NCBI GenBank assembly: GCA_964187785.1
Contig: OZ076409.1
Coordinates: forward strand, 20,276,001 to 20,340,000
Direction: 5' to 3'
DNA length: 64,000 nt
From: Amphiscolops sp. MND2022
Lineage: Eukaryota
Below the pieces are notes generated by a model that saw only the letters and a list, made by a program, of their open reading frames with translations, had not been told where the DNA came from and ran no database searches. Shown piece by piece: positions 11,406 through 25,900 of this stretch (position 1 is the stretch's first letter; every line of letters begins with the position of its first letter). A program made the translations under genes and the position numbers.

Positions 11406-11984
11406 GGACAATTTCATTGCTAACAACTATATGGTTCTTTGAAGAAAAAACCAATTCAAACAAGAACTTCACAAAAATGATGACTGAGTATACCCAATTC
11501 ATTCATCACTATCACTAGAAGTCATTAAAATAGTCTTCGTTTAGTTTGTGGTTCAAAAATTGAAGGGGATGTACCTCTGTCTTTCGGCAAACTATAGTCG
11601 ATTGTATTTGAATCAGAATTGCACAATATGAAGCTGTCGTTCACTTCCTCGGCTTCGTCATCCACGAAAGGCTTACGTTGTCTTGTTAAGGTAGAATCGC
11701 TCGTTTCCTCATCGAAGTCAACATTGCGATCCAATTCCGATTCGCTGATGAAAACCAGGGTCAGGCGGAGATATTTGGGTTAAGAACTCCGACAGCACGT
11801 GTTCTGACACGTGTTCTGACAATTTGCGTTGAAATTGTTGAGAAATGGGACATTATTAGGCGGAGAAATATTGAAATCGTAGAATATTTGAGACCAGGAA
11901 AGGGAATTTTCAGCATTCTGAGACTAAGGTTCAGGTTCGTCAAGTTGCCCCCAGTCATCATCTGCTGCAATTTTTTTTGCATAA

Positions 11985-14300
11985 TACGCTTTTGATCAAA
12001 TTATTAAACAGACCATTGGTAATCTCAATTTTTTTTAGTGGTAGCTAAAGGAAAATCTTTATGAAGATTATGTAGAGAATCAGGGTAATCTAGATCAGCT
12101 TCTAAGATGTACCCAACACTAGATTCATTCGCAGTGGAGAGAATGGCGTTAAAATTTTTCCAGTGTCCAATTCGAAATCTTTGAGGGGTAGTGAGAATAT
12201 CTTCATAATTCCACCATACAACTTTTTGGCGTCCAACATTATTCCGAAGATTGAGGCCTTCATTTCATCATAACAACACAAGTATTTATTATTCATAGTC
12301 GATAGGCGTTTAGAGAACACTGAAGCGACACCACCTCTAACAAGGTTCTCAACAATTTCGAGATGCTCGCGGTCAGTCAGAAACTCCACTGACGCCATAC
12401 TGGCTTTGAGAAAAGCATCCCCAGAAAGGTTCGAACAGGTAAAATAATGACCGCTGTCCAATCCGTATGTTGAGAATGCTATCGGTCGGAACTCTTCCAA
12501 ATCACAGGCCAGTTGTAAAGTATCACATGTAAGATACAAGTCGTGATAACCTCCAAGATCTTTGCAATTGAAAGTAGAAAACACTTTTCCAGCATGGTAG
12601 ACTTCTTCCTCGGAAGTTGTTACGTTGCCGCCTTGTAATGATTTTTCCAAAAGCTCACGAGCGGGCAGTTCTTTCACTAAATCTCGAATGGCTATCGAAA
12701 TAAGAATACGGACAATGTCCTTTTTGGTACAAAAATCCAAGTTCTGCTCGGTTATAACCTGGAAAACCAGAATCCAAGAGATTGAAGCTGTTTTTAGGTA
12801 ACAAGGAAACCATTTTATCAGGCGAAGAAGCCATAAATCTGTAGGAATCAATAAATCTCAGGTATTCCTAAACTCTTTTTTCCTTACCACGAGAGTCGAT
12901 GTAAGTTTCAACTTTAACACCAATAGAAAGTGAAATATATTTCTCGCCAATGAGGAGAATTGCTTGAATTTTAGTCGTCAGAAAAATGATGTAGATTTTT
13001 GCAAATACGATGCAGATCATAATTGATAAATGATTGGCAACAACAGGAATGTAATTCACAGGACTTCTCTTCAGGTTACATTTACTATGGACATAGCCCA
13101 GGAATTGACCAGTGGCCTGGCAATGGTGTAAGAGCTCCTCAGTAGAATCTAAGCTCTGTTCACAGAGCCAGCAAAATGAGTTATCCCAGATAGGAGGTTC
13201 ACCTGAGAAATGACCGTGTTGTTTTTTCCCATGGACGTCTTTAGCCAGTTTTTGCAACAGTTCAGCGAAACTCTTCATGAATTTATGGGACCTCTCAACT
13301 TCAATGAAGGCAGGCTGAGGATTATTGAGCTCAACTGCATAGAATTCTTGAGCTCAACTGCAACTAAACAATATCCACAAGGTTCGTAGTGTTCCACAAT
13401 ATTCGAAATTCTTCCTGAACTATTTGAACAACTATTTACAGGTTTTATAAAGAATTCGAAGTCGAAATAAAGAACAAAAGGAACGAACCATTTCGATTGA
13501 AAAATTTTGAAGATGAGCTTGTTTTTGGCGGCATCCGGCATTATAATCGTTGCTGCCTCATGTTCAATACACGACTTCATATGTCGTTCATAAATTGACT
13601 CTGAAGAGCAAATATGGAAGCAATTGCGACATATGACACTCCCGGAACGAGATGAACCTTTAATATTGTTGACAAAGACTCTTAGGTCTTTAATGAGTAC
13701 ATAGTGATGTGTTTGTTGTTCGGTGAGCAGAAGTGAGTCGAAAGTGAATCTGAAGTCGTTTTGCTTCAAAATCGGAAGTGGAATCAAGTTCTTATTGGAA
13801 ATTATTAACATGCACTTCATTGGTTTTTTCGAACTCTGGAATCTGTTTGGAACCCATCGGCATTTCATACTCTCCCAACGGTTGTTGTGCCAGAATATTG
13901 ACCGCGCTGTTGGTTTCCAGGCTGTTTCGCAATCTCCAACCAACACCTTCGTGAAGACTAGGACCGAACTTGAAATGCCATGCCGCTACGTAACAATGTA
14001 AGAAGCATTTATCTCGATGATTCCGAATATTGAGTAAACATTTTATATTGTCCAGGAAGTGAGGAACAGCAATGTAGGAAGACCCTACTATTGGTAAGTG
14101 TGAAAAAAAGACGAATGGTCAAACCAATAATTTGTTTCAAAACCCAACCATTTCCACGAGTTGTGAAGGTAACTAGACTTGAGCATTTGGTCGAGCAAAA
14201 AGCTTCGTCAGAAAGACCATCACCCAGGTGAACCGTCTTCATCTTTGAATTGACATGAATAGGCAACTCTTTTCTCTTCAGCAACGAGAGATGGTTTCTT
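11985..14300 (-). pseudogene. Polinton/Maverick (adintovirus-like) protein-primed family B DNA polymerase, frameshifted remnant
   Basis: Ordered minus-strand motifs: G.GWVL, HHYVLIKDL..C.NC..H..C, F..YFDFE, endonuclease-VII-like CWLC..HHC.ATG.F.G..H.KCNL, YHDLYL..DT.QLA..EEFR..YGLD..HY, RGG, D...LYG..M and EADLDYP.SLH.LHKDFPLA. Confidence 0.85.
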
Positions 14301-15229
14301 TACAATTAAGTTAGCAGAAAACTGCAATTTCTCGGCTCACGTTCGAGTTTTTTTTATTTTTTATCACAGTTTTTTGATCAATCATGAACTGTAGGAAGTC
14401 GAAATCATCTGGTTTGGCGGCCAGAAAGGTTTCAGCTGTGCCATTGGAAGCTGATTTTTCGGGACGATGAAATCGTTCCACATTAGAGGCAGAAATGGTT
14501 GTGTAAGGAATGAGAATTGAAAGATTTTAGAGTGTGGAAAGTTTTGCTACAGTACACACAGAGCTTTGTTGCATTCCGAATATGCAGTTTCCATGTGATT
14601 TTTCATTTCACTAGTTTTAGAACACTCGAAGGAACACTGAACGCATTTGCTGACGCGAACTGGAACGGAAACTTCCGAACTTAGTAACGAAAAATTGTTC
14701 ACATAAATAACGATCATTTTCAGCAATGCAACTAACTTGGGTGAATAATATCGTTATGAGGGATTTAAAGGCGCCGAATCGATTTGGTGTTGACGAGACA
14801 TTTTTTGACAAGCTATTGGGGGTCATAAAATTTCTAAAAGTTTTGGGGGGTCAACTCTATTAAAAGTGTCTGAACTACATTCTTCTCAACAACAGCAGAA
14901 TTTCCGATTTCGGAAAGACTAAGCTATCAAAAATGAAGTATCAGCATAATGTGAGAAGCTTTACAAAAACAAAAGCGTATAAAAGTTGGGCATAGAAATT
15001 TTTTCATGAAAACTGAAAAATACTGAGCGGTTCCATTCTCGTAATAAAACTAGGTCTGCGGATCAATCTCCTCCTCTTCGGAGCTGGAGGACAATCCGGG
15101 GACACGATGGAGGGGACTTTCACGGGCGTACTTCACACGGTGGTACTGCTAAAGCCGATGGACTAGATTTTTCAAACATGAATCTTTCACCTTCACTTTC
15201 CATTGATGAGGTTTCGACAGCTTAATTCG

Positions 15230-17300
15230 TATAAAGTCTTCGGAATAGATACTACTAAAGAGTGGTGAAATTTTTTTCTGGGACTAGAGGTAAAAAACGT
15301 TATTTCGACGTATAAAATTGAAGTCTCGTGCATTTGGCGAGTTTTGTTTCAATATGATTCGTCCCGCCTAAGTTAGATGCAACTGTAAACCCAAGGTCGT
15401 CAATGCTTTTTTCAACTAACGAATCATTCGATCTAAGTTTGAGCATGGAATCTGTCATTTTGTTTGAGATTGGAATATATTTACATTTCAAGGGACGGAA
15501 ACTCAGACCATTCAAAACAATGATGTAAACCAAAATAGTTGACCTTGGATAAAAGCAAATGATGCGGGACAGAATCGAATGTTTTTCGCACATCAAAACA
15601 GATAAATAGTATGGGAGTGTTGGAATTACTGGTACGATAGACAAGATCTAAGTGTTATCATTTGAGTAACAGTGCTTCGGGCTTTCATGAAACCGTGTTG
15701 TTTTCTGTGAATTAGCTTGACAACTTTTTGGTACCAAAAGTTGAAAATAATCCAATCTAGAATGAATGAGAGTTTGCAAAGAATACTGGTAGAGCGATAA
15801 TTCGCAATGGAAGATTTCGAGCTTTTTTCATGCAATGGTGTTACGTGCGAAACTTTCCAAACATCAGGCCATGTTCGATCTCCTGCGTTTTGTTAAGCGG
15901 TAGGCGGAGGTTAGCAAAAAGTGCTCCTATTTGTCCAGGCTTGCTATATTCGAACTTTGACGTTATAACCGATGTAAAATTGCGTTTCACTAAGGAGAAG
16001 GCCGAGGTCCAAAAAAGCGCTCCCACGTGGTCCAGCGCGCTATACCAAACTTTTGAGGCGTTTTCCGAGCACGAAAGTAACCTTTTGGGTGTTTCGACAC
16101 TTCTGTGAGTTTTTCATAAAAAACTTTCATAAATGAACATGTTTTAAAAACTTTGCGCTTTTTGAGTCTTAAGTGTAGCGGCGACTTGAGACGTTTCCTT
16201 GTTTCGTTTGAACATTTTTTATTTTGTCTATTTTGAAGGCAATTTGTTTTGAACAGGCATTCGTAAACTGTCCGAAACCCGGACGTTGAAAAATTAGTCA
16301 CCCATGTTTAATGGCTTTCTGAAATTTCTTGTAGTTTCTGAAAGTTTTTTTGTTTGGAAAACACGAGTTGTATCTAAATTCGCGTCTCAGATTTTTCAAT
16401 TTGTCACTTGTGCCATTTGAAGCAAGGGAAGTAAGCGCACGAGTATTGTTTTTGTATCATTTTTATTGAATCCATCCCTTGAAATAGTTTCATGGTTCCT
16501 TTGCAGTGATGTGAACCTTGTATTTGTGTCTGACGAAAAAGATGGATAACGTCAACGTTCAGTTCGAGGAATCCATTGTCATTACAGGTCAATGCTTTTT
16601 CCTGGTGTGCGTTTCGTTGCTGATATGGCTTTTGGAAAATCACGAGCTGTGTGTATGGTGATTGTTTCCTGTAGATTGTGCATTCAGTCAGTTGGATGGT
16701 TTTCGTTGTAATTAACACATCTTGGTGGTTGCATTTGTTATAGCTGTGATTACCCGGAACAATAGTCGCAAGTTTGATTGGATTAGCAGCTTGCGCTGAT
16801 GCGACAAAAATTCTGTCAGATCAAGCAGCGTGTTTTGTGAGGCTGTTTGTTCAAAAAGTGTTGGTATGAAGAAAAATGAATCGATGAACAAACCATCGTT
16901 TCTGACTCTTCTGTATGATTTGAAGTTCGTTTTAGTTCTTCAAGTTTTGTAACATAACGTTTGATGAATCTCCTAGCCTTGATGTTTCCAACAGAATAGT
17001 GATTTTGTAGTGAAAACGCCATCTTGCAGTCATTAAGTCATTATTAGCAGGGACTCTTTCGAAGATGACAGTTTTGTTTAGTTTTTGAACGTCGTTGGAT
17101 TCTCTTATTCAATAAATCTCCTCTAATATATATCCTCTAATATCGGTGAATATCTGGTTTCCTCGATGGCTTCAGATCTTGCATGGTGGGGTTAGAGCAT
17201 GATGTAGTGGTTAGCCTAGCAATAGGATGTATTGTTTGGTTGGTGTAAAGTAGTCAAACTTTTTGATCACTTTCCCCGTTTTCAATGAATGATCTTTCTA
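15230..17300 (-). mobile_element. Highly decayed CR1/L2-group LINE
   Basis: KSSIANYRS.SIL..L..II...QHGFMKARSTVTQ (RT N-terminal motifs) and DLG..V..NL fragments. Boundaries are approximate. Confidence 0.7.
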
Positions 17301-17579
17301 AGTACTCGAAAAGTGAATTCTAGTCGAAGATTGACTAATTTACGCTTCACACACATTACGGAATTGAGTCAATTGTAGGTTGAACATTCTTGACTGGTTT
17401 CCACTTTTCTCTAATTACGCTCAATGATCACAATCCGCAATTTCTGATTACACTGTGCATCAAAATTCGCGATGAACACATTGCACTGTTTGACTAGAAT
17501 ACGGTTCGCTCTCGTTTTACGGAAAATACACATTACACTAGATGATAAAGTACACTTTTGCGGCATATGTATCGTAATG

Positions 17580-17885
17580 AGAGCATTCGGCCTGTACTGG
17601 GGCGGTATCAGGCTCGAATCTCTCTCAACTCACCATTGTTTGTCCTTCAGCAACGCATTTGGCGGAGAAAAACAAAACAAAGAACAACGGTGAGCAGTCA
17701 GACCTTTGTGACCTTGAGCAAGTCACTTTGAAACCACAGCTTCAAGTCCACCATTACTTGACCACTTGGCTGCAAATATGGTACCATAGCTTGCTATGGG
17801 GAGATAGTATCCGAAAGGGCACCTACTTAGAAAAGCAGAACTGCTTATTCGGCGTCCACCCCGCGGTAATGGGAAATTAACTTCT
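17580..17885 (+). mobile_element. tRNA-derived SINE, 5'-eroded copy
   Basis: Aligns by eye to 42322-42655 (GAGCATTCG..GGCGGTATCAGG.TCGAATCTCTC..CATTTGGCGGAGAAAA..TTAGAAAAGCAGAACTGC.TATTCGGCGTCC..GGGAAATTAAC). Confidence 0.75.
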
Positions 17886-18142
17886 CTTGATATAAATTTC
17901 CAAATAATGTGACGAAATTCCCCCGTGCAAATAGTGTGAGAACTCTAAACCATTCTTTTGAGAGAATCCATTCGCCTATGCGTAAATCTTATATAATAAT
18001 AATTTATTCTGCCTGAAACTTAGGGTCTCTGTTCTTATTTTGAGAACCAATGACGATCTTTATGATATGAGAAGTTGATAGGGTGAACAGCTGCTGGTTG
18101 TTTCGATTACATGTTTTAGCTCCAGAATTTCTGTGTTCACAG

Positions 18143-18251
18143 GACGAAGATCTGCCGTATGCATCACTTTTATCAAATGCAATGACAGCGAGTTTCTTCA
18201 ATGGCGAGCTGGAAGTGGGTTCTGACTCAACCTTCCTTCTGACTTTTCTGA
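18143..18251 (+). CDS. NDFIP: NDFIP gene, coding exon 3
   Basis: TTCACAG acceptor and GTTAGT donor. Encodes DEDLPYASLLSNAMTASFFNGELEVGSDSTFLLTFL (compare LRIGNDGIFMLTFF). Phases 0/1 match the flanking exons. Not present in the ORF track. Confidence 0.88.
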
Positions 18252-18807
18252 GTTAGTTTTCAATGCCCTATATACAATTTTTTCTCTCAATCAAACGCAA
18301 TCTTTGACGCGTAAAAAATTTGATTGAATAATTATTAAACTCTGTCAAAGAAAAAGCAAGCTCTTCAAACGATGACAGTTCTGAACTATCCACGGATATT
18401 TTGTCTTCTGAAACAACAAACCGGATTCAACAAAATGTTGCTCAAATACAAAAAAACGATGATTTTGTCATGCATGACGGTCCATAATGTGGTCACAAAT
18501 CAGCTAAGAAAGCTAATCAACAATGGCCATAATGGTGGGAAAGATGATTGTTGGAAAAATGCGGGACTTGACACAAGCGCAACTTAGAATTGTTTTACTC
18601 TAATCGATAAATTGACGTCGGTACATATACCGTATACGTTGTTTTTTGTACCGCTGCACAAAATACTGATCTACACGATTTAGGCAAAGTACACCGGAAG
18701 ATGACGCACTTTGACTTGCTCAAATGAGTGTGCTTCGCCGTCAAAAAAATCACTGGTCGGAAGTTTTCTTTATATTCTTGAAAATGAAATAGACATTTGG
18801 TTTTTAA

Positions 18808-19293
18808 CCCCAAATGGACGAGGAAATTTCCGGATCCATCCAAAAATCCATCTGGTGCTTAAACTTTAAACCGCAATATCTCCTAAACTATTCAAGTCCG
18901 ACAAACGATTTATAGCGCGTTCGAAAGAAGACAATCAGGGGTTTCAAATTGATTTTTGAACGGCTGGGCTGGAGGGATGCCTCGTGTCTGATTGCAATTC
19001 AGTGTTTCAAAACATGCTAGGGTTGCTGCGACCCAACCTTGATACCCGTGAGATAAAGTGGCCGCAAAGGGAAGCTGGAAAAACCTAAAATCTGGTGTTT
19101 TTTCAATTTTTGGTCCCGTTTTTTTTTTTCATTTCAGGAACATTAAGTCAATAGTTCCGTGAAAAGGCGTGCAATGCTAAGTAATATTGTTTGAAAATCT
19201 AATTCAAGAGTTTTCTTTACCATACGGTCAGCTGGTGCCTTCAGAAGTTTGCAGAAACTAACTGGTACGAAATTGTACCATGTCCATTTAGGA
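18808..19293. mobile_element. piggyBac-like MITE (copy 1), in NDFIP intron 3
   Basis: TTAA-CCCCAAATGGAC ... GTCCATTTAGGA-TTGA ends. The interior is homologous to 39962-40524. Confidence 0.7.
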
Positions 19294-19576
19294 TTGAAAA
19301 ACAACTGAAATAAGGGATGAAAATCACTTCTTCGTATTTTCTTGCTTCGTGTGAATAAAGTTCACTTTGTGAATAAGCTGAGTTAATTTAAATACTTTTC
19401 ACAGATTGTGCATTGTTATTTACAAATTCTCGAATTTACAAATAGTCCTCTTTAAACATTGTGAAGTGCAGGCTCCACGTATCAGAAAATTGGTCGTATC
19501 TTTTTCGAGCTTTTCATTTTTGTTGAGTCATCAGTAAAGCCCCCAACCTTTGAGTATTTTTCTGTTTTCATTTCAG

Positions 19577-19941
19577 TCTCGCTGATGTTCAGCTGGGTGG
19601 GCTTCATGTTGACCTTTTGTGTCTCCAACAGCCTAGCGGGCAGGTATGGAGCAGTGTCGGGTTTCGGGCTGTCATTGGTCAAATGGATTCTAATCATGTC
19701 TCACTCGGACACGGTGGGGAGTGATGAGTCAACCTATTGGTTGAATGCTTGGGTGTGGTGGCTGCTCATTGTCTCAGGATTCACCATTTTCATCCGAGGA
19801 ATATACTTGTACATTCGGGCTAAGCAGAACCCATCCAGTGTTCGTGGTATCAACCACGCTGAGGCTCCTCCCAGCGATGATACCTCGGCGACACAAGAAG
19901 GCGCAGCGCCACGGAACTATGCGTTTTTTTATTTGTATTGA
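19577..19941 (+). CDS. NDFIP: NDFIP gene, last coding exon (transmembrane region)
   Basis: TTTCAG acceptor. Encodes FSWVGFMLTFC..AGRYGAVSGFGLSLVKWILI..WVWWLL..IFIRG..FFYLY*, the hallmark NDFIP/Bsd2 (DUF2370) region. The spliced CDS is 714 nt. Confidence 0.95.
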
Positions 19942-22900
19942 TTAGCAACAAGTAATGGTCAATTACCGCCGATCCTTCAGCAAACTTCGAATTCTCATTT
20001 CCTTGCATTGTATTATATCAACCCTAGTGTACTTGAAAATTTTGTCTGAAAATTAACACTCCGACGTTAAACATTCATTTGTTTCTTTGATCTTAAAAGT
20101 TTTGGTCGATTCAAGAGAAAACCATAATCATACGCGAGATCTTGGAGGTAGTATTGTTCTGGAGTCAAAATGAGTGAATGTTTGATCCGTCGGTAAAAAG
20201 CATAGCTGTGCTCTGCTGGTTACAAGTTTTGAAAAGCAGCTTTAGTTCTTGTAGTTTTTATTAGACAACTATGTAACGATATCAAATCAGTGTACCTGTG
20301 TGACCTGCAAAATATCCACCTACGTGTAAGTTACCCCCCCCCTCCCCTCATCCTCTTCATTGAAACATTATTTGACATGGAATGGAATACCTAATTTTAT
20401 TTGACCATGATTTCACGGGGTTGCTAGAAAATAGTCGACCACTCGTTCTCATTTCATTCGAGAACCAACTTTTGGTGTAGTTTATGGCCGCTGTTGTGAT
20501 TGTGAAGCTTTTTGTTAAACAGTCGGACTTCTGTTTGAATATTCGTAGACTGATGTTTCCCTCAAACCAGTGATGACCTACATAATGGATCCCTTGAATT
20601 TCCCGTTGAATAAATTATTAAAACAGGTGTACGGGTACTTGCTACTGCAGACGAAATGCTACCTAGCCAGGTGCTACAAATTGGGTGGGTGTTATCACGT
20701 AGTAAGCAATGAGACTAATTGGTGAATCATCAAAAGATTAAAGTTCGCTGTACTTTCGTCCAAACTGTTGAAATGTGTCACGAAGTTTGTAAAAATAGCC
20801 GATAAGTTGAGTCAGGACATGAGCATGCTACAGAAGGATGCGTTTCATCAATGGTGGACTTTCTTGCCTTCCGAAGATTCATCATCCAATCGTCACGTTT
20901 TCAACAGCAAGTTAGAATTATTAGCAGATGGTTTGTAGCAAACATCCTCTAATTGAAATTAAAGCAATACCATACATTTATTCTTTGAGTATCAACCAGC
21001 AAATTATGCATAGCTCATATACATGTTATTTTCAAATATGTCGTCCCCTGGCATTTTTTCGGTGGCAACCCTTTTGCCATTTTCGTGAGTACAGAGTGAC
21101 ATTATTTGCGATTGATTTGTTTCGATTCTGAAAATATGATCAAGATTTTGGAAGCCATTTTGTAAAAAAAAATTGGCAGTTTTACCATGAAGTCTTAAGT
21201 TACAATGAAATACAATGTGATGGGTAAATTTTTAATTGGTAATCACTGTCACAAAGTACTAACTTACGGCCTACCCTGTAATTTCAGTTTGGGTCTTATT
21301 AATTCTGACTGGTGTAGTTTTTCAAACCTCGGATTTGTGTTCGAAGAAGAGCATTTTCCACTTCACCTTCGCACGCAATTGAGCATATTTTTTGAATGTT
21401 TCAACTTAACCACGGAAACCAATTTGAGTCTGGTAAACATCGCTGAGATGATGATACGGTGCTCTTTCCATGAATTGGTATCGATGTGTACAAGAAATGC
21501 TTTGGTGTTAGATTACTACTCAATGGCCATTGGAATATAAATATGTCGAATAGTATCACGAATTCAAGTTTTATGTGCTTCGTTTTCAATTCAATCCAAC
21601 CGAGTGGAATTTACCTTTGAAAATTATAGATCTCAGCTATTTCTCCCTCCCACATACTAGGCGCTCTAAATATATACCTCCAATTTTGCATTTGGAATCA
21701 AGTTGCACTCAGAATCATAAATGTCTGGAACTTTGATTGGTTGAAAATATTAAATCCTGTACTATGCAATTAAATCAGTGATGTCCCTTTTTAATTTTTG
21801 AAGGATTTTTTATATTAAAGGATTGGCCTTAAAATTTGAAGGATCCTTTAAAGGATTAGAAATAACATATTTCAACAAATACTTCAAATATCAAATTTTA
21901 AACACATTGTAAACGTAATTTCAAATTACTCATGGAAAGCCGTTTTTTTATTTTCCTAAAGAAAATGAGCATGAGAAAATGCACGTTCTGCATTAGCAGG
22001 TGATGGCAAGATGGATAAAACTACCCTCGCAACTTCTTCAAGTTTAGGAAAAGAGTCGAATATTTCATTTTTCTTGAAAAAATTGAAAGCCATACTTCCT
22101 CATCCGTAGAAATTTCAAATTCCATTAACTCTTCTTCAAATGGTTTTCGTAGAGTAAGAACGTCTTCGGTAGAATTCGTCAGCGTTGAACAATTTTCCTC
22201 TATTGGATCGTCTATCGAACTTTGCTGGGAAATGTTCTGAGTAATGTCTTGTGCTTCAATAGCGCTTAATCGTTCAATTTTTTGTGAATACTTTCAAGAA
22301 ACTGACTACCAGCTTCTTCAGTATTGGTTAAAATATTCCGAGATATCTTGCTTGGATTAATAAGTGTTGCATCAAAAAACACATCAGCAAAAACCCAATC
22401 GATTGGTTCGACCCATGATGGTATGCAGCAAATCCAGAATAGATTTATAGAACAATTTTCTCACCGCGCTATTATTTGTATTTTTTATTTGTATTGATTA
22501 GCAACAAGTAATGGTCAATTACCGCCGATCCTTCAGCGAACTTCGAATTCTCATTTCCTTGCATTGTATTATATCAACCCTAGTGTACTTGAAAATTTTG
22601 TCTGAAAATTAACATTCCGACGGATTTAAAGTAACCATTCATTTGTTTCTTTGATCTTAGACGTTTTGGTCGATTCAAGAGAAAACATAATCATACGCGA
22701 GATCTTGGAAGTAGTATTGTTTGGGAGTCAAAATGAGTGAATGTTTGATCCGTCGGTAAAAAGCATAGCTGTGCTCTGCTGGTTACAAGTTTTGAAAAGC
22801 AGCTTTAGTTCTTGTAGTTTTTATTAGACAACTATGTAACGATATCAAATCAGTGTACCTGTGTGACCTGCAAAATATCCACCTACGTGTAAGTTACCCC

Positions 22901-25900
22901 CCCCCCCTCCCCTCATCCTCTTCATTGAAACATTATTTGACATGGAATGGAATACCTAATTTTATTTGACCATAATTTCACGGGGTTGCTAGAAAATAGT
23001 TGACCACTCGTTCTCATTTCATTCGAGAACCAACTTTTGGTGTAGTTTATGGCCGCTGTTGTGATTGTGAAGCTTTTTGTTAAACAGTCGGACTTCTGTT
23101 TGAATATTCGTAGACTGATGTTTCCCTCAAACCAGTGATGACCTATATAATGGATCCCTTGAATTTCCCGTTGAATAAATTATTAAAACAGGTGTACGGG
23201 TACTTGCTACTGCAGACGAAATGCTACCTAGCCAGGTGCTACAAATTGGGTGGGTGTTATCACGTAGTAAGCAATGATACTAATTGGTGAATCATCAAAA
23301 GATTAAAGTTCGCTGTACTTTCGTCCAAACTGTTGAAATGTGTCACGAAGTTTGTAAAAATAGCCGATAAGTTGAGTCAAGACATGAGCATGCTACAGAA
23401 GGATGCGTTTCATCAATGGTGGACTTTCTTGCCTTCCGAAGATTCATCATCCAATCGTCACGTTTTCAACAGCAAGTTAGAATTATTAGCAGATGGTTTG
23501 TAGCAAACATCCTCTAATTGAAATTAAAGCAATACCATACATTTATTCTTTGAGTATCAACCAGCAAATTATGCATAGCTCATATACATGTTATTTTCAA
23601 ATATGTCGTCCCCTGGCATTTTTTCGGTGGCAACCCTTTTACCATTTTCGTGAGTACAGAGTGACATTATTTGCGATTGATTTGTTTCGATTCTGAAAAT
23701 ATGATCAAGATTTTGGAAGCCATTTTGTAAAAAAAATTGGCAGTTTTACCATGAAGTCTTAAGTTACAATGAAATACAATGTGATGGGTAAATTTTTAAT
23801 TGGTAATCACTGTCACAAAGTACTAACTTACGGCCTACCCTGTAATTTCAGTTTGGGTCTTATTAATTCTGACTGGTGTAGTTTTTCAAACCTCGGATTT
23901 GTGTTCGAAGAAGAGCATTTTCCACTTCACCTTCGCACGCAATTGAGCATATTTTTTGAATGTTTCAACTTAACCACGGAAACCAATTTGAGTCTGGTAA
24001 ACATCGCTGAGATGATGATACGGTGCTCTTTCCATGAATTGGTATCGATGTGTACAAGAAATGCTTTGGTGTGAGATTACTACTCAATGGCCATTGGAAT
24101 ATAAATATGTCGAATAGTATCACGAATTCAAGTTTTATGTGCTTCGTTTTCAATTCAATCCAACCGAGTGGAATTTACCTTTGAAAACTATAGATCTCAG
24201 CTATTTCTCCCTCCCACATACTAGGCGCTCTAAATATATACCTCCGATTTTGCATTTGGAATCAAGTGTCAGTCAGAATCATAAATGTCTGGAACTTTGA
24301 TTGGTTGAAAATATTAAATCCTGTACTATGCAATTAAATCAGTGATGTCCCTTTTTAATTTTTGAAGGATTTTTTATATTAAAGGATTGGCCTTAAAATT
24401 TGAAGGATCCTTTAAAGGATTAGAAATAACATATTTCAACAAATACTTCAAATATCAAATTTTAAACACATTGTAAACGTAATTTCAAATTACTCATGGA
24501 AAGCCGTTTTTTTATTTTCCTAAAGAAAATGAGCATGAGAAAATGCACGTTCTGCATTAGCAGGTGATGGCAAGATGGATAAAACTACCCTCGCAACTTC
24601 TTCAAGTTTAGGAAAAGAGTCGAATATTTCATTTTTCTTGAAAAAATTGAAAGCCATACTTCCTCATCCGTAGAAATTTCAAATTCCATTAACTCTTCTT
24701 CAAATGGTTTTCGTAGAGTAAGAACGTCTTCGGTAGAATTCGTCAGCGTTGAACAATTTTCCTCTATTGGATCGTCTATCGAACTTTGCTGGGAAATGTT
24801 CTGAGTAATGTCTTGTGCTTCAATAGCGCTTAATCGTTCAATTTTTTGTGAATACTTTCAAGAAACTGACTACCAGCTTCTTCAGTATTGGTTAAAATAT
24901 TCCGAGATATCTTGCTTGGATTAATAAGTGTTGCATCAAAAAACACATCAGCAAAAACCCAATCGATTGGTTCGACCCATGATGGTATGCAGCAAATCCA
25001 GAATAGATTTATAGAACAATTTTCTCACCGCGCTATTATTTGTATTTTTTATTTGTATTGATTAGCAACAAGTAATGGTCAATTACCGCCGATCCTTCAG
25101 CGAACTTCGAATTCTCATTTCCTTGCATTGTATTATATCAACCCTAGTGTACTTGAAAATTTTGTCTGAAAATTAACATTCCGACGGATTTAAAGTAACC
25201 ATTCATTTGTTTCTTTGATCTTAGACGTTTTGGTCGATTCAAGAGAAAACATAATCATACGCGAGATCTTGGAAGTAGTATTGTTTGGGAGTCAAAATGA
25301 GTGAATGTTTGATCCGTCGGTAAAAAGCATAGCTGTGCTCTGCTGGTTACAAGTTTTGAAAAGCAGCTTTAGTTCTTGTAGTTTTTATTAGACAACTATG
25401 TAACGATATCAAATCAGTGTACCTGTGTGACCTGCAAAATATCCACCTACGTGTAAGTTACCCCCCCCCCCCTCCCCTCATCCTCTTCATTGAAACATTA
25501 TTTGACATGGAATGGAATACCTAATTTTATTTGACCATAATTTCACGGGGTTGCTAGAAAATAGTTGACCACTCGTTCTCATTTCATTCGAGAACCAACT
25601 TTTGGTGTAGTTTATGGCCGCTGTTGTGATTGTGAAGCTTTTTGTTAAACAGTCGGACTTCTGTTTGAATATTCGTAGACTGATGTTTCCCTCAAACCAG
25701 TGATGACCTATATAATGGATCCCTTGAATTTCCCGTTGAATAAATTATTAAAACAGGTGTACGGGTACTTGCTACTGCAGACGAAATGCTACCTAGCCAG
25801 GTGCTACAAATTGGGTGGGTGTTATCACGTAGTAAGCAATGATACTAATTGGTGAATCATCAAAAGATTAAAGTTCGCTGTACTTTCGTCCAAACTGTTG

